Source: Chiloscyllium plagiosum (taxonomy: Eukaryota). Taken from it: a DNA stretch of 64,000 bases. The position numbers and the translations under genes are program-made. The stretch is taken from the NCBI RefSeq assembly GCF_004010195.1, contig NC_057755.1:7089653-7153652 (forward strand). Direction: 5' to 3'. The notes under the pieces were generated by a model, which did no database searches, had not been told where the DNA came from, and saw only the letters and a program-made list of their open reading frames with translations. Positions 26,969 through 36,900 of this stretch are shown here, piece by piece. Every line of letters begins with the position of its first letter. Position 1 is the stretch's first letter.

Positions 26969-29610
26969 CTAATGATCCAATCCTGTTATGAGTACATGTC
27001 TAAGACGATGTATATTTACTGACATTTTGCCACGGCCAACACTTATTGCAAGTCCATAACTACACTGAAAACGTTAGAGGGAGCTAAATTCTAGGCTGCT
27101 TCTCACTGTGGCGTGTTGCTCCATCCACAGTGCAGACAGAAACTGAGTTTGGTTCAAACACACCAATATTCAGGATATAGTGTACGTTGGAGAGGAACAT
27201 GCATGTAATGGTGCTCCCATGTATCTTCCTTCCTCGTCTTTGAGCTGGCAATTATGATGACTTTGGGAAGTATTGCTAAGTAGCTGTGATGATTTGCAAC
27301 ATGGAAGTTTTATTTAATTAGATTATATGCACAGTGGTCCATTTATTATGCTGGCTGTGATAGCTCATGTTTTTTGGATCAGTGGGGGAAGCAATGAAGA
27401 GTACCATTTCGAGAACCATCGAATTTATCGTTTATACAGTCATAAAATAAATAAGAGCCAGGCAATATGATTCTACACATTATGAAATACAATGGTCTTA
27501 CAAGATGCTAACTACTTGCTAAATCTTTAAAAGAAAATTAGTTGCATTCTGTTTATTTTCTTTGTGCACTTCCATTCTCAAGTTTTGAAGCAACCAAAAG
27601 GAATGGCCCTTCTTTTGAGCAGCAGATCAGCTTCCAACGCCATTCAGATTTAACTCGCCTAGTAACATCAGTATCTTATTCATACCAGTTTGTGAACTCA
27701 TTGACAAGTCCCTCAATCCTGGCTGTCGGTTTTTTTCAAATCGATTGTAAACCTTTAAAACTTATTGGTCGAATTCAAAGGTAGCTGCATAGTCTCAAAA
27801 CGTCTGTATCTATCTGTTATATTCCTTTTCTCACTGCTATTTTGAGACCCATTCTGTTTTCCCCCGTTTTGAATGGTAGTAGTCTCACTCTGCAACCACT
27901 ATTACTGCTGTCAAATTCCAACATATTGTGAATATTTGTCATGCTACACAGCAAAGGATGTCCTCTATCTTTATATTTACAGCCACACGGCTTTCCGAAT
28001 TTAATGTATAAGACAACATAATATTTGTTGTTTCACTCATCTGATATCTTATATCAACACAGAGAAGTGTCTGGATGTTCTGATCCTGGAGGGAGTTTAA
28101 GGCAAGTTTACAAGGATGGTACCTGGATTTCAGTAGTTATGTTATGAGGCGAGATTAGACAAAATTATTCCTTTAATCTCTAGAATTTAGAAGGTGAAGA
28201 GGGATGTAATTGGGGTCTTCAGGATATTGATAGGGAAAGACAGAGTGGGTAAAGATAAACTTATTCCACTTGCTTGGAGATTCTTGAATCGGGGATGTAG
28301 TCGAAGAATTACGGCCAGTCCATTCATGAGAGATATTAAAAAAAAACAGGTTGAAACAGAAAGTGTTGGGGAGGTTTGGAACTCTCTTCCTCAAATAACG
28401 TTTATGCTAATTAAATGAGAGGTCACCAATCAGTCGTGATTTTACTGAATGGCAGAGCAAACGGAAGGGGCTGAATGGTCTACTCCTTGTCTTCTGTGTT
28501 TCCTATGTTTTCACGCAAACTCACTCTCTCACTCTGCGAACCCCTCACTCACTTTCTCACGCACTCACTTTCACAAACTTACGCTTTCAAGGAATCACCC
28601 ACTTACTCACTCACGGACTCACACAATCATTCACTCACTCGATCATCCCCTCACACACACCCTCGCTCACTCTCGCAAAACAAAACTTACTTTTACACAC
28701 TCCCTCACTCACGCACTCACTTTCACTCACTCATTCACTCATTAACTCACTCATTCACTCAGACAAGCATCTACAACTGCAAGCCTGTTTTAGAAATTAT
28801 TTTGAAACAGTGACATGGCAGGTACTTCCTCGGGAAATGTTCTGCAGTAGCCAGCTTGTGGGTGTTCAATAATGTTAGATTATGTCCGAGGTCAATAGGA
28901 AATGTCTGATCCACGGAGGTTATCCTGCTCATTTTCAACTTCCATCTCTCTAACTTCAGCACAAAACTGACCCTATCGAGGAAGGAGAGAAAGCAACTTC
29001 GAGCAAAATGCAATTATGTTCAACATGTTGTGGTTGAGAGAAAGGTAACTTTTGCCTTTTATTGTTTTACTTCAGTGATTCTAAAATTACCTCCATCAAA
29101 TCCCAAAGCAGTAGATGTGCACTTATATGTCTCTCAACAATCGATGTCACCGTATTTTCCATATACATCATATTACTTAAAGAAGGATGAAATTTATGAC
29201 CGAGATGAGGTGGAATTTGTTCTGTTGGGGTCGTGAGTATTTGGAACTCCTTTGCCACACAGAGCTGTTGAGGGAGGGGGGTGCGGGTGGTGGGGGTGGG
29301 GGTGGGGGGTGGTTGGAGGAGATGGGGGATTTGGACGCAGACTCCTAGTGCATTTTAAGGTTGAGAAAGTGAGATTCTTGATCAGTTAGGGAAAGCAAGT
29401 GTTGTGGGGAAAAGGCCAGGAATTTCAGATCACCCAACGTCATCCTGTTGAATGGCAGAGCAGACTCAAGTGGCTGAATGTCGTCCTACATTTGCTATTT
29501 CTTATTGTCTTGTGGTCTTATATCATTACTTTTATCAATCTCTATGTTTTCAGGAACGTCTTTATGAGATGTATCTCCAACAGTGCATATCGGAACAGGA
29601 GATATGTTAA
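2411..29610 (+). CDS. Multi-exon gene (11 exons in window, 5' exon(s) missing) for an uncharacterised EHD/dynamin-superfamily P-loop NTPase with a C-terminal transmembrane region, ~411 aa in window
   Basis: Exons 2411-2522, 5368-5461, 8297-8351, 10222-10362, 18557-18717, 21100-21198, 24241-24386, 24543-24714, 26607-26719, 28960-29044 and 29554-29610 all have AG/GT boundaries and matching phases. They join to 1235 nt with no internal stop, ending at TAA 29608-29610. Motifs: GNHSAGKS (G1), GVATET (G2), DTPG (G3), SKAD (G4). Confidence 0.93.
3395..3794. mobile_element. Penelope pLTR-derived composite insertion: two inverted arms, a minimal hammerhead and captured local DNA
   Basis: 3395-3495 is the reverse complement of the arm at 3706-3796. 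Flanked by tgaggttacctaa (3382-3394) and tgaggttatctaa (3795-3807). Confidence 0.8.
3706..3740 (+). ncRNA. Minimal type I hammerhead ribozyme motif
   Basis: CAC-CTGATGA-A-GGAG-tgtcg-CTAC-GAAA-GCTA-GTG. Core is intact, helix I is CAC/GTG, helix II has one mismatch, and the AGCT palindrome replaces helix III. Confidence 0.7.
3900..4500 (+). mobile_element. Degenerate CR1 ORF1 (SGNH esterase) fragment
   Basis: gttattggcgattcc (VIGDS) followed by tgctgtctccctggtgccaaggtc (CCLPGAKV). Confidence 0.6.
4505..4690 (-). mobile_element. tRNA-derived SINE (second family; other copies ~8040-8225, 10470-10620, 51640-51850)
   Basis: Shared block ggtttaacctgagggtcacc...cctcaggcgaggggagaggttgagaagg and a reverse tRNA-like head (gggaattgagccc...ccagccaactgaactaa). 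Confidence 0.65.
5368..5461 (+). CDS. NTPase gene exon B (switch I / G2)
   Basis: tgtag|GTACATT...CTTCTG|gtgagt; YIEEHILKTGVATETQGFTFVTSGKKRESLL; phase 2 to 0. Confidence 0.93.
6465..7544 (-). mobile_element. Internally deleted Mutator-like (MULE) DNA transposon with a FLYWCH-domain remnant
   Basis: Imperfect TIRs (gacaatttgccacgacagagtcgctgccgatgattagccactgcc versus the reverse complement of 7490-7537). Flanks gctgtcag/gctgtcgg. Minus-strand ORF METQIISKRGYKKFYHDGFIYVFDKLSKSDSSIQVFWRCEH resembles a FLYWCH zinc finger. AT-rich interior. Confidence 0.75.
8297..8351 (+). CDS. NTPase gene exon C
   Basis: polypyrimidine tract + cacag|GGTAAT...AAAG|gtacat; GNATLHVYPQFQGLEQVK(G); phase 0 to 1. 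Confidence 0.9.
8560..9067 (+). mobile_element. Degenerate CR1 RT fragment interrupted by a solo LTR
   Basis: Residual F-S-K-A-F and EMCEV motifs; the CR1 sequence resumes after 9720. Confidence 0.65.
9068..9719 (+). mobile_element. Solo LTR
   Basis: Starts TGTCAT and ends ATAACA (TG...CA short inverted termini). TATA-like aataaaaggg near 9280, AATAAA at 9568-9573. Interrupts a CR1; flanks ttgg/ctgg. Confidence 0.65.
10222..10362 (+). CDS. NTPase gene exon D (G3 DTPG)
   Basis: ctgcag|GAGTG...CTGG|gtaacc; VTDYLTTEISTSKQKMFFLVTFIDTPGLVDGDMLYEFDVDKALIWL; phase 1 to 1. Confidence 0.93.
10632..14390 (-). mobile_element. Near-full-length degenerate CR1 LINE
   Basis: ORF1 zinc finger (CASC...CKKC) and SGNH esterase (GNSIVRG, DGLHL). 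ORF2 APE endonuclease (YFNARTI, IAESWL, MGDFN, DHNSV) and RT (SGVPQGSVLGPLLF). 3' (aagaac)n tail near 10632. Many frameshifts. Confidence 0.92.
14960..15295 (-). mobile_element. HE1-type tRNA-derived SINE
   Basis: tggactgtgggaggaaaccggagcac...gcagacacagggagaatgtacaaactccacaca...gaggcagcagtgctaa. Confidence 0.85.
15728..17325 (-). mobile_element. 5'-truncated CR1 LINE with two internal tandem duplications
   Basis: RT C-terminal peptides (KFADNTKIGG, RPLLEYCVQFWSP). Duplicated blocks ~15785-16000/16003-16185 and ~16547-16813/16815-17080. Confidence 0.88.
17965..18173. mobile_element. Palindromic hammerhead-bearing Penelope-derived element
   Basis: Inverted arms around ...ttcatcaggaaactgatgaagg...; 13-bp TSD ggaaggttttcta (17952-17964) / ggaacgttttcta (18174-18186). 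Confidence 0.8.
18557..18717 (+). CDS. NTPase gene exon E (G4 SKAD)
   Basis: ctgcag|GTGAA...GACAG|gtatgt; EQADLILVFFDPMGQALCKRTLNVVEKINEMHGEKLRFYLSKADEAGHESDRQ; phase 1 to 0. Confidence 0.93.
19229..19837. mobile_element. Inverted-arm hammerhead element enclosing ~400 bp of captured DNA
   Basis: Arms ~19229-19325 and ~19725-19837 are inverted. 15-bp TSD ctactaaaactgtga (19214-19228) / ctaataaaactgtga (19838-19852). Confidence 0.8.
21100..21198 (+). CDS. NTPase gene exon F
   Basis: ctctag|CGCGTA...AACAAG|gtaggg; RVMMQIVQELCKRPGLNKCGFDMPTIYIPEPNK; phase 0 to 0. Confidence 0.92.
21840..23435 (-). mobile_element. Degenerate CR1 fragments (3' tip, ORF1 esterase region and probable 5' UTR)
   Basis: Minus-strand remnant LLIGEFLVRGINGCFWGRQRE...AHINT resembles CR1 ORF1; ctcaggtgcaac matches the LHL motif. 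Confidence 0.6.
23440..23684. mobile_element. Penelope pLTR remnant with inverted arms and a hammerhead core (23606-23645)
   Basis: TCA-CTGATGA-C-ATTACC-tcgtct-GGTGAC-GAAA-TGTC-TGA. Same family as the pLTRs at 32820-33000 and 38260-38434. Imperfect flanking repeat aaacagtaat/aaacaataat. Confidence 0.75.
24241..24386 (+). CDS. NTPase gene exon G (helical/stalk-like)
   Basis: ggcag|CCGGCT...GAGCAG|gtgagg; PAPCMNRIQEVCTTIEKTINRSVQNTLNQLGKDCELIIYTAECKLQES; phase 0 to 2. Confidence 0.9.
24543..24714 (+). CDS. NTPase gene exon H (first predicted TM segment)
   Basis: tttcag|TGAGCAT...TGGGCG|gtatgg; EHASRNRRAWIKYMFFSALVYLAPLSLLTCFIISETSRENLADIIGDDSAKILLIWA. An alternative in-frame acceptor would start the exon at 24558. 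Confidence 0.85.
25030..25348 (-). mobile_element. Full-length, young-looking HE1-type SINE
   Basis: Complete from the reverse-complemented tRNA head (gggcggcacggtggcacagtggttagc...ggttcaattcc) to an (agatt)4 tail. Confidence 0.92.
26010..26430 (-). mobile_element. CR1 RT fragment
   Basis: Reverse-strand match to the CR1 C-terminus (cacaataccccagctgaggtcta; gtgtcttctgcaa). Confidence 0.65.
26607..26719 (+). CDS. NTPase gene exon I (second predicted TM segment)
   Basis: strong polypyrimidine tract + ccgcag|TGGTGT...AACTG|gtaact; WCVSTIWNWLTGGSYLLAAIMMIGFMLVSMLLAKCCN; phase 0 to 2. Confidence 0.88.
26935..26967. repeat. (AG)n microsatellite
   Basis: Perfect GA dinucleotide run. Confidence 0.95.
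28070..28510 (+). mobile_element. Old CR1 3' fragment
   Basis: Residual RT C-terminal sequence and a ggggctgaatggtctactcc 3' stem. Confidence 0.65.
28517..28762. repeat. Degenerate (ACTC)n low-complexity tract
   Basis: Repeated actc/cact units. Confidence 0.85.
28960..29044 (+). CDS. NTPase gene exon J (basic tail helix)
   Basis: ttcag|CACAAAA...AGAAAG|gtaact; (C)TKLTLSRKERKQLRAKCNYVQHVVVERK; phase 2 to 0. Confidence 0.87.
29554..29610 (+). CDS. NTPase gene terminal coding exon K
   Basis: ttttcag|GAACGT...TGTTAA; ERLYEMYLQQCISEQEIC*. Confidence 0.87.
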   Translation, partial: ERLYEMYLQQCISEQEIC

Positions 29611-30051
29611 AACAGCAACGGACTTATGCTGGAACAGGCATAACATGATGCAAGTTCTAACTCCATACTTTAGTGCAAATATGCTGCAAATGCAAATATA
29701 AACTTGTTGCCATTGGACAGAAACCAAACATACAGGCCAGTCACATCGACTTGACTGTTCCATCCACTATTGCCAGATTTACCTTACAGTGTGCAGAAGG
29801 ATCATAACATTTGACCCTTCTCTGTCTGCATTATCAAGCATTTCCACATATTTCATCATTCTGTTTGAATGATGTCATAGCTGGACATCACTTTACCCTT
29901 CACCTCTGAAAGATAACCCTCGCCTACCACAGCTTCTAAAGACTCAATCACAAATTTTAGAAAATGCAATTCTTTCGCACCATTTTGTGACTTAATAGCC
30001 CCCTCCATGACATAGATGTGGACTGCAATCACCGGCTCGATGTATTGTATT

Positions 30052-30057
30052 AATAAA
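30052..30057 (+). terminator. Probable polyadenylation signal of the NTPase gene
   Basis: AATAAA about 440 nt after the stop codon, followed by a T/GT-rich stretch (tcgttctttgtgctctatgtctc). Confidence 0.6.
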
Positions 30058-30599
30058 CCTTATAAATCGTTCTTTGTGCTCTATGTCTCAAGGATTTTGA
30101 AACATATGGATTTGTCTTACATTTCTGGTAGAATGGCGTTGATTCATTCTGGTGACAGTGCAAGGTTATTTTTCTGCTCATGTGTTCTTATTCACTTCAG
30201 GGGAAAATGGACTGCTCCTTTGAGGGACTGTGTGCAGAACATTTCTGGTAGTAGGACAAAGTGGGATCTGTTACAGTTCTATGGAACCATGTTTGCTCAA
30301 TATGGCTGTTCTTAAAGAGTGTATTCTGACGCCAGATTTAGCTTCAGTGATAAGGTTATTTCAATCTATAGTGACTGGGACAGCGTGTCCTGTGATTTGT
30401 CATCTCATGGGATAGTACACCGGAACGAATTATTTCATCAGACTCGGCATCCCTTATCCATCAGTCAAAATGCATGTACCTCATTATCGACATCCAGATT
30501 ACTTTGGAAGTTCGATTATGAATGTTTTCGGGACATAAATTGACATATTTATGAATATAATGGCATCAAGGAAACTGAAATGGTCTGAATCGAGATAGA

Positions 30600-31650
30600 G
30601 GCTATAATGGCCTCAATTATGGGAGGATATAGACACACTGGTCATTTAGAGCGATTAGTGGCAAATGGAATTCAATCTGGATAAATGTGAGTTGACGCGC
30701 TTAGGCAGAAAAAAAACATTAAGGTAATACAAGATGATCAGTAGGATCCTCGGAATATTGATGAGCAGAGAGATATTTTTATGGAAGGACGCTAGACCCT
30801 GAAGGTATCAGGAAATGCGGATAAAGTGTATAAGAAGGCATTTGGTATACTCTTGTTTATTAGAGTTTAGGTTTATGCTGAAACTGTATAAAAAAACTGG
30901 TTAGCCAACAGCCAGTGTGTTGTATTCAGTCTGGAATTCGCATTACAGGCGGAATCTGATCACATTGGAGAGCATGCAGAGGTGGTTTACCTAGATGCTG
31001 CCCGGGTTATAGACTTACAGTTATTATGAAAGATGGGACAGACTGGAATTATTTCCATCAGAGCAGAGACGTTTGAGAGGAAATATGATTGTGATGGATA
31101 AACTTAGGAGGGGCACAGATCGGGTAGACAAGAACCAAGTTCACCCCTGATGGAGGCTCAATGAGCAGGTGGCATCAATTTAATTTAAAGGGCAGGGGTT
31201 TTAGAGGAGATAGAACATGGAACATGGAACATGGAACATGGAACATGGAACAGTACAGCAGAGTACGGACCCTCGATGTTGTATCGACCTTTTATCCTAC
31301 TCTAAGATCGAACTAATCTACATTCCCTTCATTTTAGTATCATCAATGTGACCAGCCAAGAGTCGTTATGCCTATTCAAGAGTCACTGAGCCTAACCAAG
31401 AGATGTGAGGAAACAAATCTGACCCAGATGGTAGTGAGAGTCTGGATTTCACTGCTTGTAAAGGTGGAAAAGGGAGAAATGCTCATTACATTAAATAATT
31501 GTTTAGGTGCACACTTGTGATGCTAAGGTATACAAGGCTTATGGCCAAGTGCTGGATGGGGGTGGATTAAGATAGTGAGATGGTTGTTTTTGCTGGTGCA
31601 GACACAATGGGCTGAAGATCGTTCTTCAGTGTTTCTCTATGACTCCATGA
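30600..31650 (+). mobile_element. Degenerate CR1 3' portion with a nested opposite-strand CR1 3' tip and (GGAACAT)n run at ~31212-31251
   Basis: WQMEFNLDKCE-like remnant at 30658 and a ctatgact tail at ~31640. Confidence 0.75.
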
Positions 31651-32045
31651 CATACACCCAGACACGCAGGCACCTACAAACACACAAACACAAACACACA
31701 CACTCTCTCTCTCACACACACACACCCTCTACACACACAGACACACACATACACCCATCCACCCATATACACACACTCTACACACACATATCCTACACCC
31801 ACACACACACATACACATACACACACACTCACATATACACACGCACCTACACACAAACACATACCCACCCACACACATCTACACGCACACACCTATACAC
31901 AAAAACCCACATACACCCGCACACACACACACAAACCCCTACGCACACACCTGCACACACTAACCTACATACATCCACACACACCTACACACAACCTACA
32001 CAGACACCCCTACACACAGCTACACCTACACACACACACACACAA
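31650..32045. repeat. (AC)-rich low-complexity tract
   Basis: Imperfect CA repeats. Confidence 0.95.
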
Positions 32046-33931
32046 GTTCATGACATCGCGTTACATCATAGCAGATTGGGAATTCTGAATTCATTACAAT
32101 CTGTAGTAAAGATCTAAACTCCCTGTGACTTCTGGGAAACTCTGTTCAATGGAAATTCCAGCTTGGTCACTCAGTTCTACTTTAGGGAAAGGAAATCTGC
32201 CGTCATTTACACGGTCTGGCTCACTCCAGACTGTGGCTGACCTCTGAGTATTCGAGCTGCGAAGTAAATGCTTTCTTTTCTTCCTCTTTCATTTTATTCT
32301 CGCTTTGTTCTTTCTTCATTTTAGTTCTTTAGATTTTTCTTTCTCTACTTACCTTCTGGAGGGAGCTCGGTCAAGGCAACATTAGCAGCTGGGGAGCATT
32401 GACAGTCAGCCATGAGGCAGCTGGTGTGCTGGGTAGAATTCTGGTGCTTAGCAGCATCATGGCTTCATCAATGCCCAGAGTACCAGAGCAGGACTCTGAA
32501 AGGAGACAGCTAACACAACAGATTGTAATACTGAACTTTTTAACGTATTTCTTTATTCTTCCACTTTTGTAACTAAGATTTTGTAGCGAAGTGGGCACCG
32601 TGTGTGGCAACTTTATATACTTTTCACTAAGCCGTTTTCTTAAACTGTACTTGAGTACGCGTGACAACAAAATCTAAATCTAAATGCTGGTTTAGACCAG
32701 CAGCGCATTGCAACACATGAACAAACAGAAAATACACAGATAATCATACTCGCATACACTTAGATTTAAAGATCCAAAGTCAAACACATGGATTGTATTG
32801 CGATTTGTCAATAAGCTGTAGGGTCTGAATGTAGGTTTGCTCACTGAACGGAAAGGTTCATTTTCAGACGTTTCATCACCATACTAGATAACATCTTTAG
32901 TGAGCCTCCGGATGAAGAACTGGTGGTGCAGCCCATTTTCTATTTATATGTTTGGATTTCCTTGGGTTGGTGATGTCATTTCCTGCGGTCACGCCATTTC
33001 CTATGGTGATGTCATTTCCTGCTCTTTTTCTCAGGTGGTGGTAAATGGGATCCAAGTCAATGTGTTTGTTGATAGCATTCTGGTTGGAATATCATGCTTC
33101 TAGGAATTCTCATGAGTGCCTCTGTTTGGCTTGTCCTAGGATGGATGTATTGTCTCAGTCGAAGAGGTATACTTCCTCATCTGTGTGTAAGGATAATAGT
33201 GAGAGAGGATCATGTCGTTTTGTGTCTAGTTGATGTTCATGTATCCTGGTGGCTGTTTGTCCAATGTAGTGTTTGTTACAGTACTTGCAAGGTATTTTGT
33301 AAATGACATTAGTTTTTCTTGTTGCTTGTAGAGGATCGTTCTAGTTCATTAGCTGCTATTTTAGTGTGTCGGTGTGTTTGTGGGCTACCATGATGCCTTG
33401 GGGTTTGTGTAGTCTGGCAGTCATTTCCGAGATGTCTCTGATGTAGGGGAGAGTGGCTAGGGTTTCTGGACGTGTCTTGTCTGTTTGTTTGGGTTTGTTG
33501 CTGAGAAATCGGCGGGCTGTGTTCATTGGGTACCCGTTCTTTTTGAATACACTGTATAGGTGATTTTCCTCTGCTCGGTGTAGTTTCTCTGTGCTGCAGT
33601 GTGTGTTGGCTCATTGAAATAATGTTCTAATGCAGCTTCGTTTGTGGATGTTGGGATGATTGCTTCTGTAGTTCACTGTTTGGTCCATATGTGTTGTTTT
33701 CCTGTAGACGCTGGTGTGAAGTCTGACATTGACTGTTTGCTCTACTGTGACATCTAGGAATGGCAGTTTGTTGTTGTTTTCCTCCTCTTTATTGAATTTA
33801 ATGCCAGTAAGGGTATTATTGATGGTCTTGAAATTTCTCCTATTTTATTTTATTTAGTGATGACAAAGGTGTAATCCACGTAGCAGACCCAAAGTTTGGG
33901 TTAGATGGTTGGCAGAGCTGTTTGTTCGAGT

Positions 33932-36900
33932 CAATAGACAATAGGTGCAGGAGTAGGCCATTCTGCCCTTTGAGCCTGCACCACCATTCAATATGATCAT
34001 GGCTGATCATCCTTAATCAGTATCCTGTTCCTGCCATATCTCATTAACCCTGGATTCCACTATCCTTGAGAGCTCTATACAACTCTTTCTTAAATGATTC
34101 CACACAGCCACCACTCTCTGGATGAAGACGTTTCTCCTCATCTCTGTCCTATAAGGTATTTTAAGCTGTGTCCTCTGGTTCGGCACTCACCCATCAGCAG
34201 AAACATGTTTCCTGCCTCCAGAGTGTCTAATCATTTAATAATCTTATATGTCTCAATCAGATCCCCTCTCAGTCTTCTAAACTCAAGGGTATACAAGCCC
34301 AGTCGCTCCAGTCTTTCAGCGTAAGGTAGTCCTGCCATTCCAGGAATTGACCTGGAGACCAGAACTGCACACAATATTCCAGGTGTGGTCTCACCAGGGC
34401 CCTGTATAGTTGCAGAAGAACCTCTTTGCTTCTATACTCAGTCCCTCTTGTTATGAAGGCCAGCATGTTATTAGCCTTCTTCACTACCTGCTGTACCTGC
34501 ATGCTTACCTTCATTGACTGGTGTACAAGAACACCCAGATCTCTCTGTACTGCCCCTTTACCTAAATTGATTCCATTTAGGTAGTAATCTGCCTTCCTGT
34601 TCTTGCCACCAAAGTGGATAACCATACATTTATCCACATTAAACTGCATCTGCCATGCATCTGACCACTCACCCAACCTGTCCAGGTCACCCTGTAATCT
34701 CCGAACATCTTCCTCACATTTCACCCTGCCACCTAGCTTAGTATCATCGCAAATTTGCTAATGTTATTACTAATATCATCTTCTATATCATTAATATATA
34801 TTGTAAAAAGCTGTGGTCCCAGCACTGATCCCCGCGGTACCCCACTGGCCACTGCCTGCCATTCTGAAATGGAGCCGTTTATCACTACTCTTTGTTTCCT
34901 ATCAGCCAACCAACTTTCAATCCAAGTTATTACTTTGCCCCCATTACCATGCGCCCTAATGTTGCTCAGTAACCTCCTATGTGGGACTTTATCAAAAGCT
35001 TTCTGAAAGTCCAGCTACATTACATTCACTGGATCTCCCTCGTCCATCTTCAGAGTTACATCCTGAAAAAATTCCAGAAGATTAGTCAAGCATGATTTCC
35101 CCTTCATAAATCCATGCTGACTCTGACCTATCCTGTTACCACTATCCAGATGTGTCGTAATTTTTTCATTTATAATAGACTCCAGCATCTTTCCCACCAC
35201 TGAGGTCACACTAACTGGTCTATAATTTCTTGCTTACTCTCTCCCACCTTTCTTAAAAAGTGGTACATTAGCCACCCTCCATTCCACAGGAACTGATCCC
35301 GAATCTATCGAACTCCGGAAAATAATCATCAACGCATTCACGATTTCTCGAGCCACCCCCTTCAGTACCCTGGGTTGTAGACCATCAGGCCCCAGGGACT
35401 TGTCAACCTTCAGACCTAACAGTCTCTCCAACACCAATTTTTGGCAAATATAAATTCCCTTGTGTTCAGGCCCGTCAGCCACTGTTACCTCGGGGAGATT
35501 GCTTGTGTCTTCCCCAGTGAACACAGATCTGAAGTACCAATTCAATTCTTCTGCCATATCTTTGTTCCCCGTAATATATTCCCCTGTTTCTGTCTTCAAG
35601 GGTCCAATTTTAGTCTTAACCATTTTTTCCCTTTCACATACCTAAAAAAGCTTTTACTATCCTCCTTTATATTTTTGGCCAGTTTACCTTCGTACCTCAT
35701 TTTTTCTCTGCGTATTTCCTTCATATTAATCCTTTGTTGTTCTTTAAAAGCTTTCCAGTCCTCCGTTTTCCCACTTATCTTTGCTATGTTATACTTTTTC
35801 TCTTTTAACTTTATATGTTGTATAGGTCTGCAGATGCTGGAGATCAGAGCTGAAAATGTGTTGCTGGAAAAGCGCAGCAGGTCAGGCAGCATCCAGGGAA
35901 CAGGACAATCGACGTTTCGGGCATAAGCCCTTCTTCAGGAATCCTAAAGAAAGGCTTATGCCCGAAACGTCGATTCTCCTGTTCCCTGGATGCTGCCTGA
36001 CCTGCTACGCTTTTCCAGCAACACATTTTCAGCTCTGCTAAGGTATTTCACTATTGAACTTTGGCCAGCTCCTTCCTCATAGCTCCATAGTTCCTTTTAT
36101 TCAACTGAAATATTGTCATTTCCGATTGTACCCTCTCCCTCTCAAATTGCAGATTGAAGCTTATTGTATTATGGTCACTACTTCCCAATGGCTCCTTCAC
36201 TTCGAGGTCCCTGATCAATTCTGGTTCGTTGCACAATACCAGATCCAGAATTGCCTTCTCCCTGGTAGGCTCCAGCACCAGCTGTTCTAAGAATCCATCT
36301 CGGAGGCACTCCACAAAGTCTCTTTCTTGAGGTCCAATACCATCCTGATTCTCCCATTCTACCGGCATGTTGAAATTCCCCATAACAACTGTAGTAACAT
36401 CTTTGTGACAGGCCAATTTCAGCTCCTGATTCAGCTTACATCCGACATCCAGACTACTGTTTCGGGGCCTGTAGATAACTCCCAAGAGGGTCTTTTCACC
36501 CTTAGAATTTCTCAGCTCTATCCATACTGACTCTGCAACCTCTGATTCTAGGTCCTCCCGCGCAAGGGACTGAATATCATCCCTTACCAATATGGCCACC
36601 CCACCCCCTCTGCCCCTCAGTCAGTCCTTACGATAGCATGTGTAGACTTGAATATACATTTCCCAGGCACTGTCCACTTGAAGCCACGTCTCAGTTATCC
36701 CCACACTATATTATCTGCCAGTTTCCAAAAGAGCCTCAAGTTCATCCATCTTATGTCTAATGCTTCGTGCATTGATATATAGTATTTTTAATTTGTTACT
36801 GCCCTCACCCTTCCCATCAACTCCTATTTCACTCAACCTTACAGCATTATTCCTTTTTGAGTTTTCTGCTTCATTGATACAGTTGTCTTTCTTGACTTCC

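Noticed and set aside
31575..32117. 180-aa His/Thr-rich ORF (and similar ORFs at 28449, 43733, 53665, 59668, 61367)
   Set aside because: These are translations of microsatellite or low-complexity tracts.
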